DNA of 64,000 nt from an uncultured Ohtaekwangia sp. Lineage in GTDB: Bacteria; Bacteroidota; Bacteroidia; Cytophagales; Cyclobacteriaceae. The notes below the pieces were generated by a model. It saw only the letters and a list, made by a program, of their open reading frames with translations. It did not search any database and had not been told where the DNA came from. Each line of letters begins with the position of its first letter. Positions within the stretch are counted from its first letter, which is position 1. The translations under genes and the position numbers were made by a program. Where the stretch lies: assembly GCA_964655635.1 (NCBI GenBank), contig CAZZNH010000011.1, positions 39,645 through 103,644 of the forward strand, read 5' to 3'. Of this stretch, positions 1 to 8,139 are shown piece after piece.

Positions 1-357
1 TATGAGGGCAAGGGTGCTTTCTTTGTGAGCCACCGGAATCACAATATCAAATTCGTGGAAGTCGCACTTTTCGAATTCGCTCATATTGTGAATTCGCTTG
101 ATCATCTTGAAGTGATCATCCAGCCTTGTTTTTAAAAAATTTTTCTGCGTGCCAAAATTTACTTTGCAATTCCAAATTTCATCCAGCACAAACAAGGCGA
201 GTTTGTTGATATTGAGATTTGCCCGAAGCGTGAAATTGAAGATTTTATAAAGCGATTCCTCCGGTACGTTGCTGTTGATGGCCTGGGTGATCTCGAGAAG
301 AGCGTTGAGCTCCAGCTCCTTCTTTTCGATTTGTTTTTGCAGTGTTTTTTCAGGCAT
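1..357 (-). CDS. 5' part of a regulatory protein, probably GAF-domain / SpoIIE (PP2C)-type phosphatase; runs off the left window edge
   Basis: The minus strand is open from ATG at 357-355 down to position 1. It is absent from the ORF track because there is no stop in the window. The translation MPEKTLQKQIEKKELELNALLEITQAINSNVPEESLYKIFNFTLRANLNINKLALFVLDE resembles the coiled-coil plus GAF N-termini of Bacteroidota SpoIIE-family phosphatases. It lies about 40 nt downstream of the GT2 stop on the same strand. Confidence 0.5.
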   Translation of the reverse strand, partial: MPEKTLQKQIEKKELELNALLEITQAINSNVPEESLYKIFNFTLRANLNINKLALFVLDEIWNCKVNFGTQKNFLKTRLDDHFKMIKRIHNMSEFEKCDFHEFDIVIPVAHKESTLALI

Positions 358-399
358 ATCCAAAGAATCATGTCAAAAATAGGAATTCCTCCACTGTCC

Positions 400-1524
400 T
401 CACATTTTATGTGATAAACTTCTGCCCTTCCAATCATAACCACTGCCAAGCGACACTATTCCGATGCCTACAACGTAAAGAGGGTAAATAAATTGCAAGG
501 CAAGTAATGAAAGGTAGCTCCATCGCAATCCCAAAAATCTGCTAACTGAATAAAGAAAAATACCGTCCAGAATAATTTTCACTAACACCAAACATCCCGT
601 TGTGAAAAGGTCTGATCCAGCTATGAAAAGTGAAATCACCAGCACAAAAAAAAGAAATTGTAAAACCAGCACCGTGACAGCCAGCAATCTGGGAAGCAAA
701 AAGGTATTGTGCTTCCATTTGCCCGACCATCTCAGTCTTTGGTGTATAAAATCTTTAACTGATGGCATCGCAGCAGTGGCGACCACACTGTCACGATAGT
801 TCAAAAATTCGATCGAACGGGGATACCTGGACAAAATCTTTCGAGCCAGGAACTCGTCATCTCCGGATGGTATGTCCATGTTTCCCTCATAGCCGTTTAC
901 AGCTTCAAAGGTTGATTTTCTGAACGCCAGGTTGGCGCCATTGCACATGGTAAAGTAGCCCAAGCCGATTGAGGCTGCGCCTGAACCGATCAGGCTGGCA
1001 AATTCTAAGGCCTGAAGCTCACCAAAAAAAGAATTTGCAGCCACAATTTTCACCCCACCGAAGACCATTCTCACGCGCTCATCACGAAAACTGTGGTTAA
1101 TTCTCATCAACCATTCCGGGGGCACCGTACAATCTGCATCGGTGGTTGCGATGATCTCGCCCCGGGCCGACCTGACACCAAGACTGATTGCCTGCTTTTT
1201 TCCCAGCAGGTTGCCTGGAAGATCGAGCAAGTGATAGTTTGGTCTGTCCTGAATCAGTGATTGAATCAATTGAGCAGAGTCATCTTCCGAGTGGTCATTC
1301 ACCAACCATACTTCAAAACATGTCTTGGGGTAATTGAGCAATTCAAATGACTTAATCAATTCGTTGAGATTGGAGGCCTCGTTTCGAAATGGGACCACGA
1401 TGGAAATCGTCCTTGGCTCATTGGAGCTGGAGAATGTTCTGCAAGTCACTTTAACCCAACCCAACATCAAGATTGCAACGAGCACCAAATAAATCCCAAG
1501 AACAATTATGAAGAAGAGGAGCAT
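400..1524 (-). CDS. Membrane-bound family 2 glycosyltransferase, processive type (QxxRW motif)
   Basis: 374 aa. It has an N-terminal TM helix, a GT-A core (IVVPFRNEA, VNDHSEDDS, TDADC), the motif HQRLRWSGKW and C-terminal TM helices. Confidence 0.8.
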   Translation of the reverse strand: MLLFFIIVLGIYLVLVAILMLGWVKVTCRTFSSSNEPRTISIVVPFRNEASNLNELIKSFELLNYPKTCFEVWLVNDHSEDDSAQLIQSLIQDRPNYHLLDLPGNLLGKKQAISLGVRSARGEIIATTDADCTVPPEWLMRINHSFRDERVRMVFGGVKIVAANSFFGELQALEFASLIGSGAASIGLGYFTMCNGANLAFRKSTFEAVNGYEGNMDIPSGDDEFLARKILSRYPRSIEFLNYRDSVVATAAMPSVKDFIHQRLRWSGKWKHNTFLLPRLLAVTVLVLQFLFFVLVISLFIAGSDLFTTGCLVLVKIILDGIFLYSVSRFLGLRWSYLSLLALQFIYPLYVVGIGIVSLGSGYDWKGRSLSHKM

Positions 1525-1559
1525 TCCAGCATTGTGGTTAAATTGCGGGAGGAAGCAAA

Positions 1560-2117
1560 ATGGAGAAAAAAGTTGTTAAAGAAAAAATAATTCTGGGGCT
1601 TGATCCGGGCACGAATGTCATGGGCTACGGCATTATTCTGGTCAAAGGGGCTACCTTAAAACTTTTGCAGTTTGGGGTTATCCATTTGTCAAAATACAGC
1701 AGCCATGAACTTAAGCTTAAGAAAATATTCGATCGCGTACTTTCTATTCTTGATGAATTCAATCCGGATGAGGTAGCACTCGAGGCACCTTTCTACAGTA
1801 AAAACGTTCAGTCCATGCTCAAGTTGGGAAGAGCGCAAGGGGTGGCCATGTCAGCAGCGCTATACCGCCAAATTCCAATTGTAGAGTATGCTCCAAAGAA
1901 AGTGAAACAGTCTGTGACTGGAAATGGTAATGCCAGTAAGGAGCAGGTATCAAAAATGCTGAACACACTGTTCAAGTTTAAAGAAACTCCGAAACTGATG
2001 GATGCTACGGATGCGCTGGCTGTTGCAGTCTGCCATCATTATCAAAATGGCGCAGCCAAAAGCAAAAAGAAAACCTGGGAGTCGTTCTTGAAAGATAATC
2101 CCAAAAGGCTAAAATGA
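1560..2117 (+). CDS. ruvC: Crossover junction endodeoxyribonuclease RuvC
   Basis: 185 aa. ILGLDPGTNVMGYGII and DATDALAVAVCH are typical RuvC catalytic-region motifs. Confidence 0.92.
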   Translation: MEKKVVKEKIILGLDPGTNVMGYGIILVKGATLKLLQFGVIHLSKYSSHELKLKKIFDRVLSILDEFNPDEVALEAPFYSKNVQSMLKLGRAQGVAMSAALYRQIPIVEYAPKKVKQSVTGNGNASKEQVSKMLNTLFKFKETPKLMDATDALAVAVCHHYQNGAAKSKKKTWESFLKDNPKRLK

Positions 2118-3203
2118 TCAATTCATAGAAGCCAGAACATTTGCGATGCGCTCAGCGGTTCTTCCATCCCACAATTCCGGAATCGAGCCCTTTTTCCACT
2201 GTCCATCTTTTAGTTTTTTCAACGCATTTTTAAGCGCCTCGGTATCCTCGCCAATCATCTCGTTGGTTCCAATAGTGACTGTCTCCGGCCGTTCTGTATT
2301 GTTTCTCAGGGTGAGACAGGGAATCCCCAACACGGTGGTTTCCTCCTGAACGCCTCCGGAATCTGTGATTACACCCTTTGCATTTTTTATCAGGTATATA
2401 AATTCCAAATAGCTAAGCGGATCGGTTGGGATGACAAATTCCGGCTGCTTACCCATGAGGTTGAAATTCTTTCTTGTACGTGGATGAACCGGAAACAACA
2501 CCGGTATTCCGGCATTTTGATCAATCGTGCTGATCAGTGTCTCAAACTTCTCCAGATCATCGACATTGGAAGGTCGGTGGAGTGTGAGCACATAGTACTC
2601 TTGCGCTTTTAATTTTTCTTTTTCCCAAATCTCTGGCTTCCTTATCTTGACAAGATTGGTCAACAAGGAATCAATCATGGTATTGCCGACAAAAAAAATT
2701 TGATTGTCGGCCACGCCTGATTTTTTCAAGTTGGCATTGGCTACCTTCGAAGTGGTGAAAAAATAATCGGCCAGGGAGTCAGTAGCAATGCGGTTTACTT
2801 CCTCCGGCATGGTCATATCCCCCGAGCGAATACCACCCTCCACGTGCGCCACTTTGGTATTCAATTTTTTAGCGACTATGGTGCAGGCCATGGTCGAATT
2901 CACATCCCCCACCACCACGACCAAGTCAGTCGGGTTTTTCATCAAGTCTCGCTCGAACTCTACCATAATCTTGGCGGTTTGCTCCGCTTGCGTGCCTGAT
3001 CCAGCGCCCAGATTTATATCGGGATGGGGGATTTCCAGCTCTTCAAAAAACACTTTGCTTAATTTATCATCGTAGTGCTGCCCGGTATGTACCAGTCTGT
3101 AAGACAATGACTTCCCATTCTTTTGAGCCAGTGTGATGGCTTTAATGATTGGGGCAATCTTCATGAAATTTGGTCTGGCTCCGGCTATGAGTGTAATTTT
3201 CAT
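2118..3203 (-). CDS. wecB: UDP-N-acetylglucosamine 2-epimerase (non-hydrolysing)
   Basis: 361 aa. Motifs are MKIAPI, HTGQHYD, VVVGDVNST, HVEGGIRSGD and DSGGVQEE. Confidence 0.9.
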   Translation of the reverse strand: MKITLIAGARPNFMKIAPIIKAITLAQKNGKSLSYRLVHTGQHYDDKLSKVFFEELEIPHPDINLGAGSGTQAEQTAKIMVEFERDLMKNPTDLVVVVGDVNSTMACTIVAKKLNTKVAHVEGGIRSGDMTMPEEVNRIATDSLADYFFTTSKVANANLKKSGVADNQIFFVGNTMIDSLLTNLVKIRKPEIWEKEKLKAQEYYVLTLHRPSNVDDLEKFETLISTIDQNAGIPVLFPVHPRTRKNFNLMGKQPEFVIPTDPLSYLEFIYLIKNAKGVITDSGGVQEETTVLGIPCLTLRNNTERPETVTIGTNEMIGEDTEALKNALKKLKDGQWKKGSIPELWDGRTAERIANVLASMN

Positions 3204-3316
3204 TTAAAGCGGTTGATCCTTTTATCGAGGCTGCAAAATTCCTCTTATTTGAACGGAATTCAAAACATTTTGTCTGAGCTTTGATATTTGTTGAACTTGT
3301 TTTCTAAATTTAGGCA

Positions 3317-3745
3317 ATGAAATCCCTACTTGCCATTGCGATGATAATTTTGGCTCGGTCCGTGCATGCGCAAGAGCCCAATCATTTTATCCTTGCCGCC
3401 TCACAGACTCACGAAAGTGAAAAGTTATCAGTAACCTGGAGCATTGGCGCTATCCAGGTCAATTGGAAGCAGACAAAATCAAACATAACCAACGTTCCTG
3501 ACCCAATTTACCATCCCAAAGTATACCCAAACCCGTTTCTGAATAACATCGTAATTTCTCATGAAAATGGAAAGCCTATTTCCGTCAAATTGATCAATAT
3601 GGTGGGGATTCCGCAATCCGTTCGCCTCGAGGAGAATAATGGCTTAACTGAAGTAATTACCCAAGATCTCTCGTCAGGTGTTTACATTATGTTGTTGGCG
3701 CTCCCGAACAAGAAAATAAGATCATACCAATTAATAAGACAATGA
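3317..3745 (+). CDS. Very small secreted protein consisting almost only of a T9SS type A C-terminal sorting domain
   Basis: 142 aa. The signal peptide is MKSLLAIAMIILARSVHA. The last ~75 aa (KVYPNPFLNNIVIS...SSGVYIMLLALPNKK) match the Por_Secre_tail pattern. The stop overlaps the next start as ATGA at 3742-3745. Confidence 0.75.
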   Translation: MKSLLAIAMIILARSVHAQEPNHFILAASQTHESEKLSVTWSIGAIQVNWKQTKSNITNVPDPIYHPKVYPNPFLNNIVISHENGKPISVKLINMVGIPQSVRLEENNGLTEVITQDLSSGVYIMLLALPNKKIRSYQLIRQ

Positions 3746-5244
3746 TAAAGAAGATATTTTTTTCATTAATTGTTTCACTTGCAGTTAATGGTTACGCTCA
3801 GCCCCCACATTCGTTTAAATATCAGGCGATAATTAGAGATCATGACGGTGGCCTAGTTTCTGAAAAAGACTTGCATATACGCATTAGTATACTTAGGGGT
3901 GAGGTATCTGGCATCACTGTTTACTCCGAGTTGCACGAGGTAGTTTCAAGCAAATTTGGAGTCGTTGATCTTGAGATTGGCAAAGGGCAGCCGGGTGTCG
4001 GGTTATTCACGTTAATCAATTGGGGTGATGACAAACATTTCGTTAAAGCAGAAATTGATCTGGGTGACGGTTTTGAGACAATTGGCGTTTCCCAGCTTTT
4101 GTCGGTTCCTTATTCGCTATTCTCAGTAAAATCGGGCGATGGTTTCTGGCAGAGAGAATCCAACCACATCAGTTATTCCGCGGGCAATGTTGGACTTGGT
4201 ACGCCCAATCCTGTGGTAAAACTCGAAATTAATGGAAATAATGAGCTCAATCTTCTCAACCTTCGAAACGAAAACAATTCACTTGGTGTCAACTTATTCG
4301 TTTCGTCTAACGCAGATTTTCACGGATCAGCTTTAATTGGCAGAAGGTCTCGAGGAACATACCTTGCGCCACAGCAAGTACTGGAAGGAGACAGAATAAG
4401 TGGAATATACGGAAGTCTTTACGCAGGCGGTGCCTATCAAAATTCAGCAGCAATTCATTTTTATGTTGGTCCAAATCCAGGCAATGGCAGTTATCCATCA
4501 AACATCCGTTTCGAGACGACTAATACCAACCAAACACTAAGATTGGAAAGGATGAGAATTGGTGAGAACGGAAATGTTGGGATTGGAAACTCAAATCCAA
4601 TGTTTAAACTGGATGTGGCAGGTGCAATCAATGCAACTTCCTTATTGATAAATGGTACGCCCATTTCTAGCGGACCCTGGACTCAACAGGTAAATAATAT
4701 TTCTTATAATCTCGGCAATGTTGGGATTGGCACTACCACGCCTGTCACAAAATTGGAGATTAATGGAAATAATGACCTCAACCTCCTTAACCTCAGAAAT
4801 CAAAATAATTCGTTGGGGATTAACGCTTATGTTTCATCAGACACAGATTTTCACGGATCTGCATTAGTTGGTCGGAGATCAAGGGGAACATACCTCGCCC
4901 CACAGCAGGTACTTGAAGGGGATCGAATAAGTGGCATTTACGGAAGTCTATTTGCAAATGGTGATTATCAAAATTCAGCGGCTGTTCATTTTTACGTTGG
5001 ACCTAATCCAGGCAATAGCAGTTATCCATCGAACATCCGATTCGAAACGACCAATACCAATCAAACAGTGAGATTAGAAAGAATGAGAATTACTGAGGCG
5101 GGAAATGTTAACGTCAAATCAGGTGATATTTATCTAGAAAATATAAATGCTGGTGTCATTATGAAAAGCCCAAACGGACAATGTTGGAGATTGACGGTAG
5201 ATAATTCTGGAAACCCAATATTTACCTCAATTACTTGTCCATAG
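3742..5244 (+). CDS. Secreted tail-fibre-like surface protein with internal 177-aa duplication
   Basis: 500 aa with signal peptide MIKKIFFSLIVSLAVNGYAQ. The N-terminal domain (FKYQAIIRD...RISILRG...QLLSVPYSLFS) resembles Bacteroidota tail-fibre-like proteins. GNVGIGTTTP-type motifs are present. The C-terminus SPNGQCWRLTVDNSGNPIFTSITCP has a Cys pair. Confidence 0.7.
   Translation: MIKKIFFSLIVSLAVNGYAQPPHSFKYQAIIRDHDGGLVSEKDLHIRISILRGEVSGITVYSELHEVVSSKFGVVDLEIGKGQPGVGLFTLINWGDDKHFVKAEIDLGDGFETIGVSQLLSVPYSLFSVKSGDGFWQRESNHISYSAGNVGLGTPNPVVKLEINGNNELNLLNLRNENNSLGVNLFVSSNADFHGSALIGRRSRGTYLAPQQVLEGDRISGIYGSLYAGGAYQNSAAIHFYVGPNPGNGSYPSNIRFETTNTNQTLRLERMRIGENGNVGIGNSNPMFKLDVAGAINATSLLINGTPISSGPWTQQVNNISYNLGNVGIGTTTPVTKLEINGNNDLNLLNLRNQNNSLGINAYVSSDTDFHGSALVGRRSRGTYLAPQQVLEGDRISGIYGSLFANGDYQNSAAVHFYVGPNPGNSSYPSNIRFETTNTNQTVRLERMRITEAGNVNVKSGDIYLENINAGVIMKSPNGQCWRLTVDNSGNPIFTSITCP
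4147..5109 (+). repeat. Intragenic tandem duplication: two 432-nt homologous blocks (4147-4578 and 4678-5109), period 531 nt
   Basis: The protein blocks W..ISY..GNVGLGTPNPV.KLEINGNN.LNLLNLRN.NNSLG...RRSRGTYLAPQQVLEGDRISGIYGSL...NIRFETTNTNQT.RLERMRI align colinearly. The DNA is clearly alignable by eye. Confidence 0.9.
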
Positions 5245-5314
5245 CACAATCAGCAGCATCACTTTTTTTCACTTGTTGAAATTACCTTTCTTTGCGGGAA
5301 ATCAAAATAATTGA

Positions 5315-6523
5315 ATGCCGCGAAGGATTTTAATGCTCTTAAATGCCCCCTACCCATCGGATATCAGGGTAAAAAAAGAAGCCGATGCATTAATCAATGC
5401 AGGATACTGCATTCATCTGCTTTGCCTTAGGAGGGCAAAGGAGAAACATTCTGAAGAATACCAGGGAATTCGAATCACCAGAATAGATGCCGGCAAAAAT
5501 AATTATGCACTTGCCTATTGGGATGTGGTGATGTCAATCAGATTTGTACACCCAAAATTTAAAAGGGCCGCGCATAAAATTATCAAAGAACACGAAGTCA
5601 AGGCGTTACATGTCCATGACTTGCCACTTGCAGGAACTGCACTCTCCCTTAAAAAGGAATTCGGTATTAAAGTTATCGTTGACTTTCATGAGAACTATCC
5701 AGAGGCATTAAAAACATGGTTTAAATGGAAAACCAATCTACTCGTCCGCCTCAAGAATAAATTATTTTTAAACCCAGTCAGGTGGACCCAATATGAACAG
5801 CTGGCTTGTGAAAATGCCGACAGAATAATCGCGGTCGTAGAAGAAATGAAAAATCGACTAACTAAAAATTATAGCCTCCAAGCCGAAAAAATCTCAATCG
5901 TCACCAACACTGAAGATAAAAATTTTCTGCTTCAGAAAATAGATACAGAAATATACAACAACATACCTAAGGGCTTCATTGTCGCCTATTGCGGTGGAAT
6001 TGGCCCGCATCGAGGTGTAGATACAGCGATCAGGGCGATGGAATCTTTCATAGAAACCGACATAAATCTTGTTATTGTTGGTTCAGGAAGTGAATCTGTA
6101 ATGAACAACCTTCTTTCCTTGGTTGAAGCACTTAATTTAAAGAATGTTCATTTTTTGGGATACCAGCCTTTCAATAAATTCTACTCGTATATGCATCTGG
6201 CTGATGTAAATATTATACCTCATAAATCAAATGGCCATACAAATAATACCGTACCTCATAAACTTTTTCAGGGGATGATGGCAGGTCGCCCGCTGATTGT
6301 AAGCACCTGCGCTCCACTGAAAAGATTGGTTGAAACCTATGATTGCGGAGTGGTCTTCGAGGCAGAAAATCCACTTGAATGCGCAAAAATGATAAGGAAA
6401 CTATATAACGACCCCCAACTTAGGGTCAAATTAAGTGAGAATGGTAAACACGCTACATCTGAGGGGTCATTGAATTGGGAGACAACCCAAAAGGAACTAA
6501 TACAACTCTATGATTCAGTTTAG
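5315..6523 (+). CDS. Glycosyltransferase family 4 (GT-B fold)
   Basis: 402 aa. Group-1 GT features are GGIGPHRGVD, PHKSNGHTNNTVPHKLFQGMMAGRPLIVS and an EX7E-like region. Confidence 0.8.
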   Translation: MPRRILMLLNAPYPSDIRVKKEADALINAGYCIHLLCLRRAKEKHSEEYQGIRITRIDAGKNNYALAYWDVVMSIRFVHPKFKRAAHKIIKEHEVKALHVHDLPLAGTALSLKKEFGIKVIVDFHENYPEALKTWFKWKTNLLVRLKNKLFLNPVRWTQYEQLACENADRIIAVVEEMKNRLTKNYSLQAEKISIVTNTEDKNFLLQKIDTEIYNNIPKGFIVAYCGGIGPHRGVDTAIRAMESFIETDINLVIVGSGSESVMNNLLSLVEALNLKNVHFLGYQPFNKFYSYMHLADVNIIPHKSNGHTNNTVPHKLFQGMMAGRPLIVSTCAPLKRLVETYDCGVVFEAENPLECAKMIRKLYNDPQLRVKLSENGKHATSEGSLNWETTQKELIQLYDSV

Positions 6524-7244
6524 CGAAATGACAAGCCCAATCGAGAAAGCGTTAATTATTTCAAGAAATTCATTCTTTATAAGAAAAAATGTAATCGCCA
6601 CAAAGTCATTTTCAATTAACTACATCTTTTACAGGATCGTTCGACCTATTCTCAAACTAAATTACAAACTCTTCAAGCTGCTCAATCCTACTACACCATG
6701 GACTTCGCAAGCTTCCATTCGGATTTTTAAGAAGATATTGAATAAAGACATGATAGGATTGGAGTACGGTAGCGGCAATAGCACGATCTTTTTTTCAAAA
6801 TATCTCAAAAAAGTAGTCAGTATCGAGCACGATTCCGCCTGGTTTGAAATAGTAAAGTCAAAACTCACGACCCATTCAATACAAAATGTCGAATATTACT
6901 TTATCCCAAAGAAAGATCAGACATTAAATTTTCATTATAGCTTCTTTCAAGATTATAATCTAAAAAATGACGAGTTTGAAATCCGGAAAGAATATCATGA
7001 CTACTTTTCTGAAGTTTTGAAATACCCAGATGAATATTTTGACTTTATAATCATTGATGGAAGAGCGAGGGTAGAGTGTTGTCTAAATTCGATTCCTAAA
7101 CTGAGAACAGGTGGAATTTTCGTGCTTGATAACTCTGACCGAGAGAGATACAAACCTGTGTTCAAAGTGCTTCAGCATTGGCAATCCATAAATACAACCA
7201 CAGGCCTTTTCGATACAACTCTGTGGTTTAAACCTAAAGCCTGA
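6510..7244 (+). CDS. Class I SAM-dependent methyltransferase-like protein (possible polysaccharide O-methyltransferase)
   Basis: 244 aa. GLEYGSGNSTIFFSK is a glycine-rich SAM loop, and SIEHDSAWF and IIIDGRARVECC follow it. The alternative start at 6528 (MTSPIEK) would avoid the overlap with the GT4 gene. Confidence 0.6.
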   Translation: MIQFSEMTSPIEKALIISRNSFFIRKNVIATKSFSINYIFYRIVRPILKLNYKLFKLLNPTTPWTSQASIRIFKKILNKDMIGLEYGSGNSTIFFSKYLKKVVSIEHDSAWFEIVKSKLTTHSIQNVEYYFIPKKDQTLNFHYSFFQDYNLKNDEFEIRKEYHDYFSEVLKYPDEYFDFIIIDGRARVECCLNSIPKLRTGGIFVLDNSDRERYKPVFKVLQHWQSINTTTGLFDTTLWFKPKA

Positions 7245-8134
7245 TGAGACAGTTGCTCTATCAAATTGTCTATCATCCGCTTGTAAATTTTTTTTTGCTA
7301 AGAATAAACAAAATGGTGTCCGGCATAACTCACTTTAAACTTCCTCCTTCATGTGAAATCTCAGTCAACATAAAGCCAAATATTCATTTCAAAATGGCCA
7401 CCAATCAAACATGCTATGTTACGTTCCTACTTTACTGGAAGGGTCCTGAATCCTTCGAATACACTTCCGTCTTCAAAAATCTGATTTGGAATTGTAAAGT
7501 ATTTATTGATATTGGCGCAAACACCGGCTATTATTCGTTACTGGCGGGAAAAGCCAACGACAGGCTTAGAACTTACGCATTTGAGCCCGCAAAAGGACCA
7601 CTGTATTATCTAAAGAGAAATATTGAATTAAATAAACTAGGCGATAGAATTGAGGCTCACCATCAGGCGCTTTCAGATAGAAATGAAAGAGCTCATTTTT
7701 ACGAAGTGAAAAACAGAAAGTACACCTATTTGAAATACAACCTTGGAGGTGTGGGGAGCCTGCAAGTCGACTCCGCCAAATCTCACGATGTAGTAGAAAC
7801 AAAAACATTGGACAGCTTCGTATCTGAAAATTCTATTGAGGTTGTTGATCTTATTAAAATTGATACGGAAGGAACCGAAATCAAGATATTGGAAGGCGCT
7901 TCCAATACATTAAATTCATTTAAGCCTATCGTAATTTGCGAAACACTCTTTGACAAAATTGAGGCTAAGTTGGAGCGCACTATGAAATCCCACGGCTACT
8001 TATTCTATCAAGCTAAAAATGGAAAGCTAGTGCAAGTTGACACCATTATCAGAGAGAAAGATGATGGTGTGAGGGATTGTTTTTTTGTCCATCCATCAAA
8101 ATTAGATTGGATTCGATTCATCGTTTCAAATTAG
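7244..8134 (+). CDS. FkbM family methyltransferase
   Basis: 296 aa. FIDIGANTGYYSLLAG, YAFEP and IKIDTEGTEIKILEGA are FkbM hallmarks. The start overlaps the previous stop (TGATG). Confidence 0.85.
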   Translation: MRQLLYQIVYHPLVNFFLLRINKMVSGITHFKLPPSCEISVNIKPNIHFKMATNQTCYVTFLLYWKGPESFEYTSVFKNLIWNCKVFIDIGANTGYYSLLAGKANDRLRTYAFEPAKGPLYYLKRNIELNKLGDRIEAHHQALSDRNERAHFYEVKNRKYTYLKYNLGGVGSLQVDSAKSHDVVETKTLDSFVSENSIEVVDLIKIDTEGTEIKILEGASNTLNSFKPIVICETLFDKIEAKLERTMKSHGYLFYQAKNGKLVQVDTIIREKDDGVRDCFFVHPSKLDWIRFIVSN

Positions 8135-8139
8135 GTAAA

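Noticed and set aside
159-449. Track ORF of 96 aa on the minus strand spanning the GT2 stop region
   Set aside because: It is in a different frame from the open frame that starts at ATG 357 and has convincing GAF-like sequence. It also overlaps the GT2 3' end. The composition is low-complexity and basic, so it is judged spurious.
646-653. A8/T8 homopolymer tracts as possible phase-variation switches. One lies in the GT2 gene (646-653). Others lie in the serine hydrolase gene (about 22970) and the miaA gene (about 18896).
   Set aside because: Equally long tracts occur in essential genes such as gltB (15432-15439). Runs of 8 are simply common in this AT-leaning genome and are too short to argue for slipped-strand regulation.
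8077-8139. Upstream extension of the flippase ORF overlapping the FkbM gene by 58 nt
   Set aside because: The extension (MFFCPSIKIRLDSIHRFKLGK) is just the FkbM 3' end read in another frame. The ATG at 8140 follows the FkbM stop and begins the hydrophobic flippase sequence.
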